DNA of 29,228 bases from a virus (Duplodnaviria > Caudoviricetes), in the IMG/VR virus record IMGVR_UViG_3300034109_000116, positions 1 to 29,228 of that record. The stretch is one strand, 5' to 3'. Of the stretch, positions 1 through 8,762 are shown one piece after another. Below the pieces are notes generated by a model. That model did not search any database, was not told the origin of the DNA, and saw only the letters and a program-made list of their open reading frames with translations. A program made the translations under genes and the position numbers. Each line of letters starts with the position of its first letter. Within the stretch, counting starts at the first letter, position 1.

Positions 1-1
1 C

Positions 2-244
2 TTTTATAAGTGAGCTATTATAATCATCTCTACTTGGCATAATATCTCCTTTTCTTCCAAATACAGAAGTAACCGGAGACAATGATTGTGTATTACTAAC
101 AAGTTGACTAACAGCTACTCTAGATATGATACCTCCAGCTCCTGCTACTAATACATGAGTTGGTGTAGTAGTAATAGTAGGATAACTGTTAGCAGCTATT
201 GCACCAGTAAAATAAATGTTGCCAAATGAATCAATATTAAACAA
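2..244 (-). CDS. Tail-fibre-like protein, 5' part only (runs off the window edge); absent from the ORF track
   Basis: Hand translation from TTG at 244-242 stays open to the edge: LFNIDSFGNIYFTGAIAANSYPTITTTPTHVLVAGAGGIISRVAVSQLVSNTQSLSPVTSVFGRKGDIMPSRDDYNSSLIK. VTSVFGRKGDI..DY matches the VTSFNTRTGAIT..GDY repeat of the neighbouring fibres. An in-frame TAA lies two codons upstream of the TTG. Confidence 0.7.
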   Translation of the reverse strand, partial: MFNIDSFGNIYFTGAIAANSYPTITTTPTHVLVAGAGGIISRVAVSQLVSNTQSLSPVTSVFGRKGDIMPSRDDYNSSLIK

Positions 245-264
245 AGCTTAAATAATTTAATAGT

Positions 265-3200
265 TTATAATTGTGATTCTAAAACTTCTACTTTGTTTTT
301 AAGTTCTTTAATAGCTCCTAAAAGAACAGGAATAAGTCCTGTGTAATCTAATGTTAAATAATCTGTTTTAGGATCTATTGCCACAAGTTCAGGAAAATGT
401 TCCTGTACCTCTTGAGCCACAAGTCCTATTCTATTTCTATCGTCTACAAAGTTATTAAAAGAGTAATATATTGGGTTGATGGATTCAAGCTTAGATAGAT
501 TATTTTCCATTAAAGAATGAATAGTCTTTATTCTTCTGTCAGAATGTGCAGACCAGGATTGAGCTCCATCATACTTAACCACACCATTGCCATTAGAACT
601 TAATACATAAACGTGATAGCCACCAACTATAGTTTCAATAACAGCATGTTGGCCAAATTGAAAATATCCACCAAATGAGCCAGAAGCACTACTCATTCTT
701 ATAGACCCACCTACTCCATTTGTTAAAAAATATCCATTGGCTATTTCTAACGAACCAGCTAAATATGACCCACCATTAGGATCAAGATAATACCCTGTAT
801 TACTTGCATCATAGAATATTGTAGCATCAATTCTAGATGGTGCATATATACCTTTATTTAAGTAAAGACTATAAGTAGAAGATGTAGAAGATGTACCAAC
901 CCCCATGCAGTCATTACCAAGGTGATAATAAAAATACCATCTACCATTAGCTTCTCTATATACTCCACCATTACCTCCACTATCGTACATTATTCCACTT
1001 ACAGAACTATAACTATCCCATATACCTCCATAGGAACCTCTTGAGCCATCAAGTCTAATTTGGGTGTGCGAAGTTGTTGTGTTTGCATAAATATGAGCTC
1101 CATTATTATTAGGCCAATAAATTCCATAAGCTCCATCTAACTGAATCCAGTTTCTAGGTCTAAAATATGCTGATCCTGCAAGTTCTAATCTATCCAAATA
1201 AGATAATCCATTTGGATTTAAATAATATCCTGTATCATCTGAATCATAAAAGATTGGAGCTCTAAATGAACTTGCTGCCCAGTTATTACCAGACATGTCA
1301 AGTTGCCATCTATTTGCAGAAGCTGACCATCCACCAATACGCATTACGTTATCAGAATCAAGTCCAAAGTTTACAGCGTAATATCCACCTCTATGGAATG
1401 CCATAATAGCACCACCGCTATCGTTTGAATAGGCTTGTAATGGAGGATCAGAAGAAGTTGTATTTCTATTTGATCTAAAATAATTTGAATTAGTCCAACT
1501 ATAACTTCCACCTACAGCACTACTTATACTATTTGTATTACCAGAAGTATAAGATGAAATGTTACCTGCATCAACTACATCGTGCCATGTACCAGAACCT
1601 CTATACTGCTTAAATCTTCCTTCTGCCCAATAGTTACCTCCTGCGTTAGCATAGTAGTCTCCACTTGTTATAATACGATAGCCAGTATTAATAGCTTGAC
1701 CTACACCAATATAATCAGCTTGAATATTAGCTATTCTAGATGCACTAGATGGATCTACGTAATATCCTGTATTATTTGAGTCATAGAATATTGGTGCTCT
1801 CATGTCATCTCTAGCTCTAATAGATCCAGATATAGCAGCCATAAATGTTCCGTTCTCTAAAAATAAAGCACCATGTGTATTCAAGTTACCAGCAACACCT
1901 CCGGCATTAGGATGAGACCATGTTATACCATACAAGTTACTAACACTAGTACCATCAATAGGTAGCTTATATGCATCACCCATTGCAAATACTCCCTGAT
2001 ATCGAGTAGATGTATAGGTACCTACTATTCCTGCTCCATAATCATTAAATCTAAGATTACCTCTTAATATACCAGACAATGTAGAATTAGGATCTAAATA
2101 ATATCCTGTATCGTTCCTATCATAAAATATAGGCGCTCTAAAAGATCCATTTGTCTCTAGATTTCCAGTAGAGTATGAACTACCACTAGAATAAAAGTCG
2201 TGCCCTGCTCCATTACCAGTCGCGTTACCTATGTGAGTAGTTGATCCATATATCCAGTTAGTTGTACCTGCTGTAGTAATTCCATTAGGGAAAAACGCTG
2301 AATCACTAGTACCCCATGCATTACCTGGACTAATATACCCACCTCTTGCATATATAATGTCAGAACTAGGATTTACATATACCTGAGCTGATCCATATAC
2401 ACTATTACCACTACCCCACAATAATTGATATGTAGAGTTTGAATCATTGTTGTAATTTATACTAACTTGAGAAGATGTAGTAGCAGTTGCAGAGTTACCA
2501 TTATATTGTGAACCATTAGCACTAATGAAATATGTGGCACCATTTAAATAAATTATACCATTACGATAATAATTTAAATACATAGATTTACCAGTACCAC
2601 TATCCATATGTAAATTGCCATCTGTAGCTTGAACAACAGCAAGATTAGCAATTGATCCTGGATCTCCATTTCCACCTAGTTGAATTCTAGCACCCCATGT
2701 AGCATTAGCTTGTGTTAAAAAACTAGAATTTTGTGCTGCTGTTGCAGTAGTAGCATTACCTGATAAAGCTCCACTAAACGTTGTTGCAGTTAAAGTACCA
2801 GTACTAGATTGAATAGTAACTGCAGCACAAGAATACGCTATAGTTCCTATACCATTTGTATAATTAGCTCCCCAAAGAACAGGATAAGCAGCTGAATCTG
2901 TTCTATTCATTAAGTATGTAACAGAACCTGCATTACCAGAAATAGATCCAGATGATGTAATATATCCACTAGGATTAGTATTATTATATGGTGTATATCC
3001 TAATGCACCAGTTACATCACCTGATGAAAGAGTAATAGCACCTGTTCTTGTATTAAAACTTGTTACACCTGCCGGAATAGTCCAAGTTCTATTAGCAGAA
3101 AGATCAAATGTGGTTCCGTTAATTGTTAATGTTCTAGATGTTGGAACATAACTATCAAGCTGAGTAAGTGTAACAAACTCATTTGAGTTAACAGCATTGC

Positions 3201-3840
3201 TTCCTATAACCCGTCCGCCAAAGTTAGCAACAACGCCAGATGGTAAGTCAGATATAGCACCTGTTGCAGCGTTAACAACTCCAGTAGTTTTACCAACAAT
3301 AATACCAGTAGAAAACTGTTGTACACCAGTATTGTAAGCATATACAGGATATCTACCAGATGGATTATTTGAGTAGTAGTCTAAAAGATTTGCATTTACA
3401 GATGCACTTAATAGTCTTTCTCCTGTAACAAGAACACCTCTAAAAAATGATACGGGAGTTACAGAAAATCCAGTGCCGTTTCTGTTGAATGTATTAACAA
3501 GACTCCATGTAGCTTCACCACTTTCAACCAACTCATTTTGGTTGTAAGCTACCTTTAGCCCATAAAGAGTATCTGTACCAATCTTAAAGTTTAATACATC
3601 TGTAGAAGCGCCAACTCTTACAATAGTCTTAAGACCTGTGATTGTTTGATCAGAGGCAAGCGTTACGTATCCCAAACTAGAAATAAGAGCTCTTACCCAT
3701 GCTGTAGTAGGAACTTTAGAATTATTATCCTCTGATCCCGGAGCTATGGTCAAAGTAAGACTAGCTGGTAACACAACGTGTCCATCTGCGTCATACTGAA
3801 ATACGTTAAGTATATGGGAGGTCTTCCTTTGTTTGTTCAT
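265..3840 (-). CDS. Long tail fibre / receptor-binding protein with C-terminal intramolecular chaperone (peptidase S74-like) domain
   Basis: 1191 aa, Gly/Ser/Thr/Asn-rich; VTSFNTRTGAIT and RTLTING..FDLSANR.W fibre repeats; four (R)APIFYD..TGYY.DP repeats; C-terminal SDRRIK...IGLVAQEV...PELV...LDY..LIP.L..AIKEL coiled-coil pattern at about 265-543. Confidence 0.88.
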   Translation of the reverse strand: MNKQRKTSHILNVFQYDADGHVVLPASLTLTIAPGSEDNNSKVPTTAWVRALISSLGYVTLASDQTITGLKTIVRVGASTDVLNFKIGTDTLYGLKVAYNQNELVESGEATWSLVNTFNRNGTGFSVTPVSFFRGVLVTGERLLSASVNANLLDYYSNNPSGRYPVYAYNTGVQQFSTGIIVGKTTGVVNAATGAISDLPSGVVANFGGRVIGSNAVNSNEFVTLTQLDSYVPTSRTLTINGTTFDLSANRTWTIPAGVTSFNTRTGAITLSSGDVTGALGYTPYNNTNPSGYITSSGSISGNAGSVTYLMNRTDSAAYPVLWGANYTNGIGTIAYSCAAVTIQSSTGTLTATTFSGALSGNATTATAAQNSSFLTQANATWGARIQLGGNGDPGSIANLAVVQATDGNLHMDSGTGKSMYLNYYRNGIIYLNGATYFISANGSQYNGNSATATTSSQVSINYNNDSNSTYQLLWGSGNSVYGSAQVYVNPSSDIIYARGGYISPGNAWGTSDSAFFPNGITTAGTTNWIYGSTTHIGNATGNGAGHDFYSSGSSYSTGNLETNGSFRAPIFYDRNDTGYYLDPNSTLSGILRGNLRFNDYGAGIVGTYTSTRYQGVFAMGDAYKLPIDGTSVSNLYGITWSHPNAGGVAGNLNTHGALFLENGTFMAAISGSIRARDDMRAPIFYDSNNTGYYVDPSSASRIANIQADYIGVGQAINTGYRIITSGDYYANAGGNYWAEGRFKQYRGSGTWHDVVDAGNISSYTSGNTNSISSAVGGSYSWTNSNYFRSNRNTTSSDPPLQAYSNDSGGAIMAFHRGGYYAVNFGLDSDNVMRIGGWSASANRWQLDMSGNNWAASSFRAPIFYDSDDTGYYLNPNGLSYLDRLELAGSAYFRPRNWIQLDGAYGIYWPNNNGAHIYANTTTSHTQIRLDGSRGSYGGIWDSYSSVSGIMYDSGGNGGVYREANGRWYFYYHLGNDCMGVGTSSTSSTYSLYLNKGIYAPSRIDATIFYDASNTGYYLDPNGGSYLAGSLEIANGYFLTNGVGGSIRMSSASGSFGGYFQFGQHAVIETIVGGYHVYVLSSNGNGVVKYDGAQSWSAHSDRRIKTIHSLMENNLSKLESINPIYYSFNNFVDDRNRIGLVAQEVQEHFPELVAIDPKTDYLTLDYTGLIPVLLGAIKELKNKVEVLESQL
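778..2139 (-). repeat. Four dispersed protein-level repeats (R/D)A(P/T)IFYDxxxTGYYx(D/N)P
   Basis: Copies begin at 2139, 1800, 1263 and 828 (spacing 113, 179 and 145 codons); synonymous positions differ between copies. Confidence 0.85.
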
Positions 3841-3908
3841 AACTAGTAGATATTTTATCTTATCTTATTTAATGTATTCTCTGTATAACAATTTTATGAG
3901 TGTTTTAA

Positions 3909-6131
3909 TTATATTCTTTTTATAGATAAACTTGGTGTTCCTGCTGTTATTCCTACAGTATGGTCTACCCATATTTGTAAATTAATAGGGTTTGCTGCAC
4001 CTAAACCAGCATCTCTAGGTCTTAGTCGCATTCTCATATTGACTCTACCTGACACAGGAGCAGTATGATATGATTCAACTACATTGTAGCCTTCTTGGCT
4101 AGTACCATCAGGTCTAATAGTTACGCCTCTTATACCATCATATACAGGTTCTTGATTAGCACCTGTTTGAAATATCCAAGCAGATGACTGTGTAATATAA
4201 CCATAGTTAGAATCAAGATTTGGTATAGTAATAGTTGCTAATCCAGAAAAACCATTAAAGTTAAATGTTGTAAGATTAAACCATGATCCAGCAGACATAC
4301 CTGCTAATGATATATTAAAAACAGTTGGTAAAACACTAGCAAATTGAACATTTCCTGGAATTAATATATTACCACCTGAAGTAATGTGCATACGTTCAGT
4401 GTTGTTAGTTTGAAAAACAATTCCTCCTCTACCTTCAACATTAGAACCACCAAATGAAACAGTCCAAGCAGAATCAACCGTTAATTGAGTATCTGTTACA
4501 GCTGTAACTGTTCTAGTCTGACTAAATGGTAAATCAATAATATCTCCTACTCTTACTGGAATTGAATTAAAACCAGTTCCATTTACAAAGGTTGGGTTTT
4601 GAGACGATACATTAGATAGTTGATAAGTCCTACCTCTTAAAGTAGGTGCTGTTAATGTACCATTTCCAATATCTAATCTAGTAGTTGGACTTGTTGTACC
4701 AATGCCTACGTTGCCACCATTTTTAACGGTCATTAAATTAGTAATCGAACCATTAACAATGTTAAAATCTCCAGTAGTTAATAATCTAACATTGTCAGTT
4801 CCTGAATCAATTCCTAAAGTTTGTATATATAATCCACCGCTTGATCTTTGAAGCCTTAAATATTTTCCATTATTTAAATAAATTTCATCACTTGACCTAA
4901 TTGCTCCGCTTACATCAAGCATATAACCTGAGTTAGATGGAGATGTCCCAATAAAAACATTACCATCGGAAAAAATACGCATTCTTTCAACAGCATTTGT
5001 GCCTGTTACGTCAGGACCTGGGTTTGTTGAAAATGATAATGCTGTTCCACTATACCAAAATGTTCCAGTAGATATAGCCCTAATGGTTGCAGCACCAATT
5101 GTTTGATCTGAAAAATATCCTCTGTTTCCTAAAAATAAAGTTGCAGATGTAGTATTTGCACTTTGATTACCTGTAGCAGAAGCTAAATTACCTGATGAAT
5201 ATACATTTCCCACAACTGTTGTTGCACCTGTATTAGTAATAGTAACTAGAGTAGAAAATCCTCCTGTTGGAGTTGTTCTACCTTGTATTTGAAAATTAGT
5301 TCCAGTTGAACCATTATCAACTCCTACTAATCTAATTCCATAATAATTGCTTGCAAAATAAGTAGGATCATTTAATTGAATAGTTCTAGTTGTTACAACT
5401 CCATCTGAATAAATACGCATTCTTTCACTAATATTAGTTTCTGCAGTACCTGCTCCAGCATTTGTTCCAAAAACTAAATCTCCAGTTGTTGTACCAGTAC
5501 GATTACTCCAAATTGCAGCTCCGTTGTTATCATAACTTTGAAAAACTATACCTGATCTTGCATTAGCAGTTAAACTATAGTTTATAATTTTTAAACCAGT
5601 AACTGTACTTGTTGAGTTGTTATTATCAGATATTTCTAATTTTTTGCTGGGAAATCCTGGTGCAGTACCAATTCCTACATCACCACCTGATGTGATTAAT
5701 AATCTATCAGCCCCATTAGTACTATCATATATAGTAAAATTACCATCAGCATTAATAATTGAATAATCAGAGTTATTATCTGTATCAATTAAATTTATTC
5801 TTGGATATGAATAAGACAAGTTTAAATTACCATTCATAGTAACCGCACCTGTAATTGTACCACCAGTAAGAGATAATTTACCTGCTATACTAGTAGTTAT
5901 AGTAGATGCAAAGTTAGCATCATCACCCAATGCAGCAGCAAGCTCATCTAATGTATCTAATAAAGCAGGTGCTCCGTTAATTAAGTTATTAATCTGAGTG
6001 GTTACATAGGATGTAGTAGCATATCCTACTATGCTTCCTGTAACAGTAAGATTAGCTGGTAATACAATATTACCACTACCATCGTATGCTACAAGGTTTC
6101 TTAAGTATCCGGTGTCTCTAGTATTACCCAT
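3909..6131 (-). CDS. Tail fibre protein (no S74 domain)
   Basis: 740 aa; APALLDTLDELAAALGDDANFA fibre motif, LSLTGGTITG, several ERMRI.S.G(N/D)V.IGT repeats and a distinct C-terminal tip domain. Confidence 0.85.
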   Translation of the reverse strand: MGNTRDTGYLRNLVAYDGSGNIVLPANLTVTGSIVGYATTSYVTTQINNLINGAPALLDTLDELAAALGDDANFASTITTSIAGKLSLTGGTITGAVTMNGNLNLSYSYPRINLIDTDNNSDYSIINADGNFTIYDSTNGADRLLITSGGDVGIGTAPGFPSKKLEISDNNNSTSTVTGLKIINYSLTANARSGIVFQSYDNNGAAIWSNRTGTTTGDLVFGTNAGAGTAETNISERMRIYSDGVVTTRTIQLNDPTYFASNYYGIRLVGVDNGSTGTNFQIQGRTTPTGGFSTLVTITNTGATTVVGNVYSSGNLASATGNQSANTTSATLFLGNRGYFSDQTIGAATIRAISTGTFWYSGTALSFSTNPGPDVTGTNAVERMRIFSDGNVFIGTSPSNSGYMLDVSGAIRSSDEIYLNNGKYLRLQRSSGGLYIQTLGIDSGTDNVRLLTTGDFNIVNGSITNLMTVKNGGNVGIGTTSPTTRLDIGNGTLTAPTLRGRTYQLSNVSSQNPTFVNGTGFNSIPVRVGDIIDLPFSQTRTVTAVTDTQLTVDSAWTVSFGGSNVEGRGGIVFQTNNTERMHITSGGNILIPGNVQFASVLPTVFNISLAGMSAGSWFNLTTFNFNGFSGLATITIPNLDSNYGYITQSSAWIFQTGANQEPVYDGIRGVTIRPDGTSQEGYNVVESYHTAPVSGRVNMRMRLRPRDAGLGAANPINLQIWVDHTVGITAGTPSLSIKRI

Positions 6132-6133
6132 AG

Positions 6134-6256
6134 TTAGTTATTTTCTAATACCCAAGTTCCATTGGTGTATACGTACCATTTTTCATAATATAATACTCTA
6201 TCACCTTCTTGAACTGAAGGAAATGGTAGCGAGTTAATATCTAATATTTCTTCCAT
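6134..6256 (-). CDS. 40-aa small protein between fibre genes (possible fibre accessory or chaperone); absent from the ORF track
   Basis: ATG at 6256-6254 to TAA at 6136-6134: MEEILDINSLPFPSVQEGDRVLYYEKWYVYTNGTWVLENN. Fills the gap (13 nt after the upstream stop, 2 nt before the next ATG) and has an A-rich leader. Confidence 0.75.
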   Translation of the reverse strand: MEEILDINSLPFPSVQEGDRVLYYEKWYVYTNGTWVLENN

Positions 6257-6269
6257 TTTATTTTATATT

Positions 6270-8762
6270 TTAAAATACACCTGATCCACTGTTTGAAGCA
6301 GTAGCTGCTGTTACCACTTTGTTTCTAAAATCATAAGGGTATGATTGGTGCCAATCTATCGAAATACCAAAATAAGTACCTGATCCTAATGCAACTACTA
6401 ATACAACAAATCCATCAGATGATGAGTATCCACCAGACCAAAAATTACCAGTAATTACAGGGTTATAGATTGTACCTGACCAGTTATGAAAACCAAAACT
6501 ACCTTCCCTAATATATTGACTACTATAAGAATATAAACGACCAGTAAAAAGAGACATAGTATAATCAACATTACCACTAGCACCAGAACTCATATTTGTT
6601 TTTAAATGTAAAAAAGCAAACCCGTCCCATGAATTTGTTCCATTCTGATACCAATTATATATTGAACGATTTACTCTTATAGATCCTTCTACTGATAATT
6701 TTTGCTGAGGATTAGTTGTACCTATGCCAAGATTACCATTAGCAGTAACGCGCATGCTTTCAGAAAATGATGCTACATTACCAGAAGTTCCAGATGGGGT
6801 ATTATAAAATGCAAAAGAACCATTACTTGTATCTGATCTAAGTAAGGTTGCAAAAACAGATTCTAAATATCTATAATCACTGCCATCAAAATAAATGTTT
6901 GTTGCTAAGTCTAATGTTTGATTATTATAACTAAATACTGAAGCACGATTCCCTAATTGTATAACTTTTCCTGCAGCTGGATTTGCCCAAGCTGCTGGGG
7001 CAACTCCTATGCCAATATTACCACCTGAGGTGATGGTCATACGAGATGAGCCCCCAGTTTTAAATGATAATGGAGTCATAACTCCAGAGCCAGCATTTTC
7101 AGTTTCGATAAAACCTTCTGTTCCTGTATGGTTCATTGAAATAAATCTATCATTTGAAGAAGAATAAACCCCTAATCCTTGATATGTTAATACTCCGTTT
7201 GATTTTACTGATAATTGATGGTAGTTAGTTATTCCACTATTTATAGAAACTGCCCCTCCCGAAGTAATACGCATACGTTCAACAGGAGTATTAGCAGAAG
7301 ATGCTGTAAAAAAGTTAATGCTATAAAATCCTCCATAATCACTTCTTGCTTTTAGGAGTAAAGAACCATATCCGGTTTGACCACCTGCTGTTCCATCACT
7401 TGTAAAAATACCGGCTATAGACGGAAGAGAGGAAGCTCCTAAATATGCAAAACCTATTCCATGAGATTCATGACCAATGTTTAATTGTGTAACTGGATTT
7501 GAAGTACCAATGCCAACATTACCACCTGGAGTAATACGCATTCTTTCTGATCCAACAGTAGTCTGCCCATTAGGATAAAATGTAATAAATCCAGATGATG
7601 ATGATCTATTGTCAATTCTTAACTCTCCAGTACTTGCACTACAAGAAATAAGTCCAGGAAAAGATTGATGTCCAAAAGCTATTGTTCCAGTATTAGCACT
7701 ATCTTGAACGTGAAGTTTATATTGAGGATTTGTAAATCCTATACCAATATTACCTGTTGTAGTATTAATATGGAACATAGGTGTTGCACTAGTTCCTAAA
7801 GAAATAGAATTATTACCTAGTATAAATCTAGATGAATTACCTCTTGAATTAAGAATATGAAATTCATATAAATTAGCAGCAAATTGACTTATAGAACGAC
7901 CAGTACCATCAGTATCGAAGTATAAATTATTACCAACTCCTGCTACATGAAGATTACCAGTTACACTAAGTTTTTCTAATGGAGTAGGTGTATTAATACC
8001 AACATTACCGGTTGAGGTAATAATCATTTTTGTAGAAGGTGCTCCTGCATTAGATGTTTGGAATAAAAGATTACCGCTTCTAGCAGTACCTACTTGGGAT
8101 AATCCAATATATGCTAATGAATTTTTTGATCCACCTCCATTGGTGTAAAATTGAATTCCATATCCTGCGTCATTAATATTTGCATTATGGTAAGTTGAAA
8201 TATAACCATCTTGAACTTCTAGTTTTTCACTTGGAGCTGTTGTACCAATACCAACTAATCCACCAGTAGTTAGTGTTATTTGTCCACCATTTACACCAAA
8301 AGCATAAGGTTGTGTGGCTATTCTTAACCTGTTGTTTGAAGCATCCCAATCTATAACACCGTATTGGTTTACACCTGTACCTTCTCCAATTAATGTGTAT
8401 GGACCACTACCACTTAATAATTCTAAATTACCATAGCCTTGTGTATTGCCATTAATGGTTAAACCACCACCAAGTGTACCACCAGTTAATGGTAAATAAC
8501 TTGTGTTATCATACGAAATAGTTGTACCAGAAATTTTTACAAAGCCAGTTCCTGATAAAGCAGCTTGATAACTACCAGAAGCTTGAGCTCCTATATCAGA
8601 TAATAATTGAGCAGCTGTTCTAAACTTTAGTACGCCAGAATCAGATACTAAAAATTTATCAGTATTAGATATAGCAGATGGTACAGTAGTAAATACTACA
8701 TTACCACTACCATCTACAGAGATGTAGTTAATTAATTCTGATATTTGTGTATTCTTGCTCAT
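6270..8762 (-). CDS. Tail fibre protein (no S74 domain)
   Basis: 830 aa; YLPLTGGTL motif and about seven (R)M.IT..GNVGIGT..P..KL.V repeats separating variable beta-rich modules; start overlaps the upstream stop (TAATG). Confidence 0.85.
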   Translation of the reverse strand: MSKNTQISELINYISVDGSGNVVFTTVPSAISNTDKFLVSDSGVLKFRTAAQLLSDIGAQASGSYQAALSGTGFVKISGTTISYDNTSYLPLTGGTLGGGLTINGNTQGYGNLELLSGSGPYTLIGEGTGVNQYGVIDWDASNNRLRIATQPYAFGVNGGQITLTTGGLVGIGTTAPSEKLEVQDGYISTYHNANINDAGYGIQFYTNGGGSKNSLAYIGLSQVGTARSGNLLFQTSNAGAPSTKMIITSTGNVGINTPTPLEKLSVTGNLHVAGVGNNLYFDTDGTGRSISQFAANLYEFHILNSRGNSSRFILGNNSISLGTSATPMFHINTTTGNIGIGFTNPQYKLHVQDSANTGTIAFGHQSFPGLISCSASTGELRIDNRSSSSGFITFYPNGQTTVGSERMRITPGGNVGIGTSNPVTQLNIGHESHGIGFAYLGASSLPSIAGIFTSDGTAGGQTGYGSLLLKARSDYGGFYSINFFTASSANTPVERMRITSGGAVSINSGITNYHQLSVKSNGVLTYQGLGVYSSSNDRFISMNHTGTEGFIETENAGSGVMTPLSFKTGGSSRMTITSGGNIGIGVAPAAWANPAAGKVIQLGNRASVFSYNNQTLDLATNIYFDGSDYRYLESVFATLLRSDTSNGSFAFYNTPSGTSGNVASFSESMRVTANGNLGIGTTNPQQKLSVEGSIRVNRSIYNWYQNGTNSWDGFAFLHLKTNMSSGASGNVDYTMSLFTGRLYSYSSQYIREGSFGFHNWSGTIYNPVITGNFWSGGYSSSDGFVVLVVALGSGTYFGISIDWHQSYPYDFRNKVVTAATASNSGSGVF
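7026..7040. repeat. 15-bp exact repeat TGAGGTGATGGTCAT, copy 1 (copy 2 at 9458-9472)
   Basis: Identical 15-mer in two different fibre genes, read as ATG ACC ATC ACC TCA (MTITS) on the minus strand. Confidence 0.85.
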
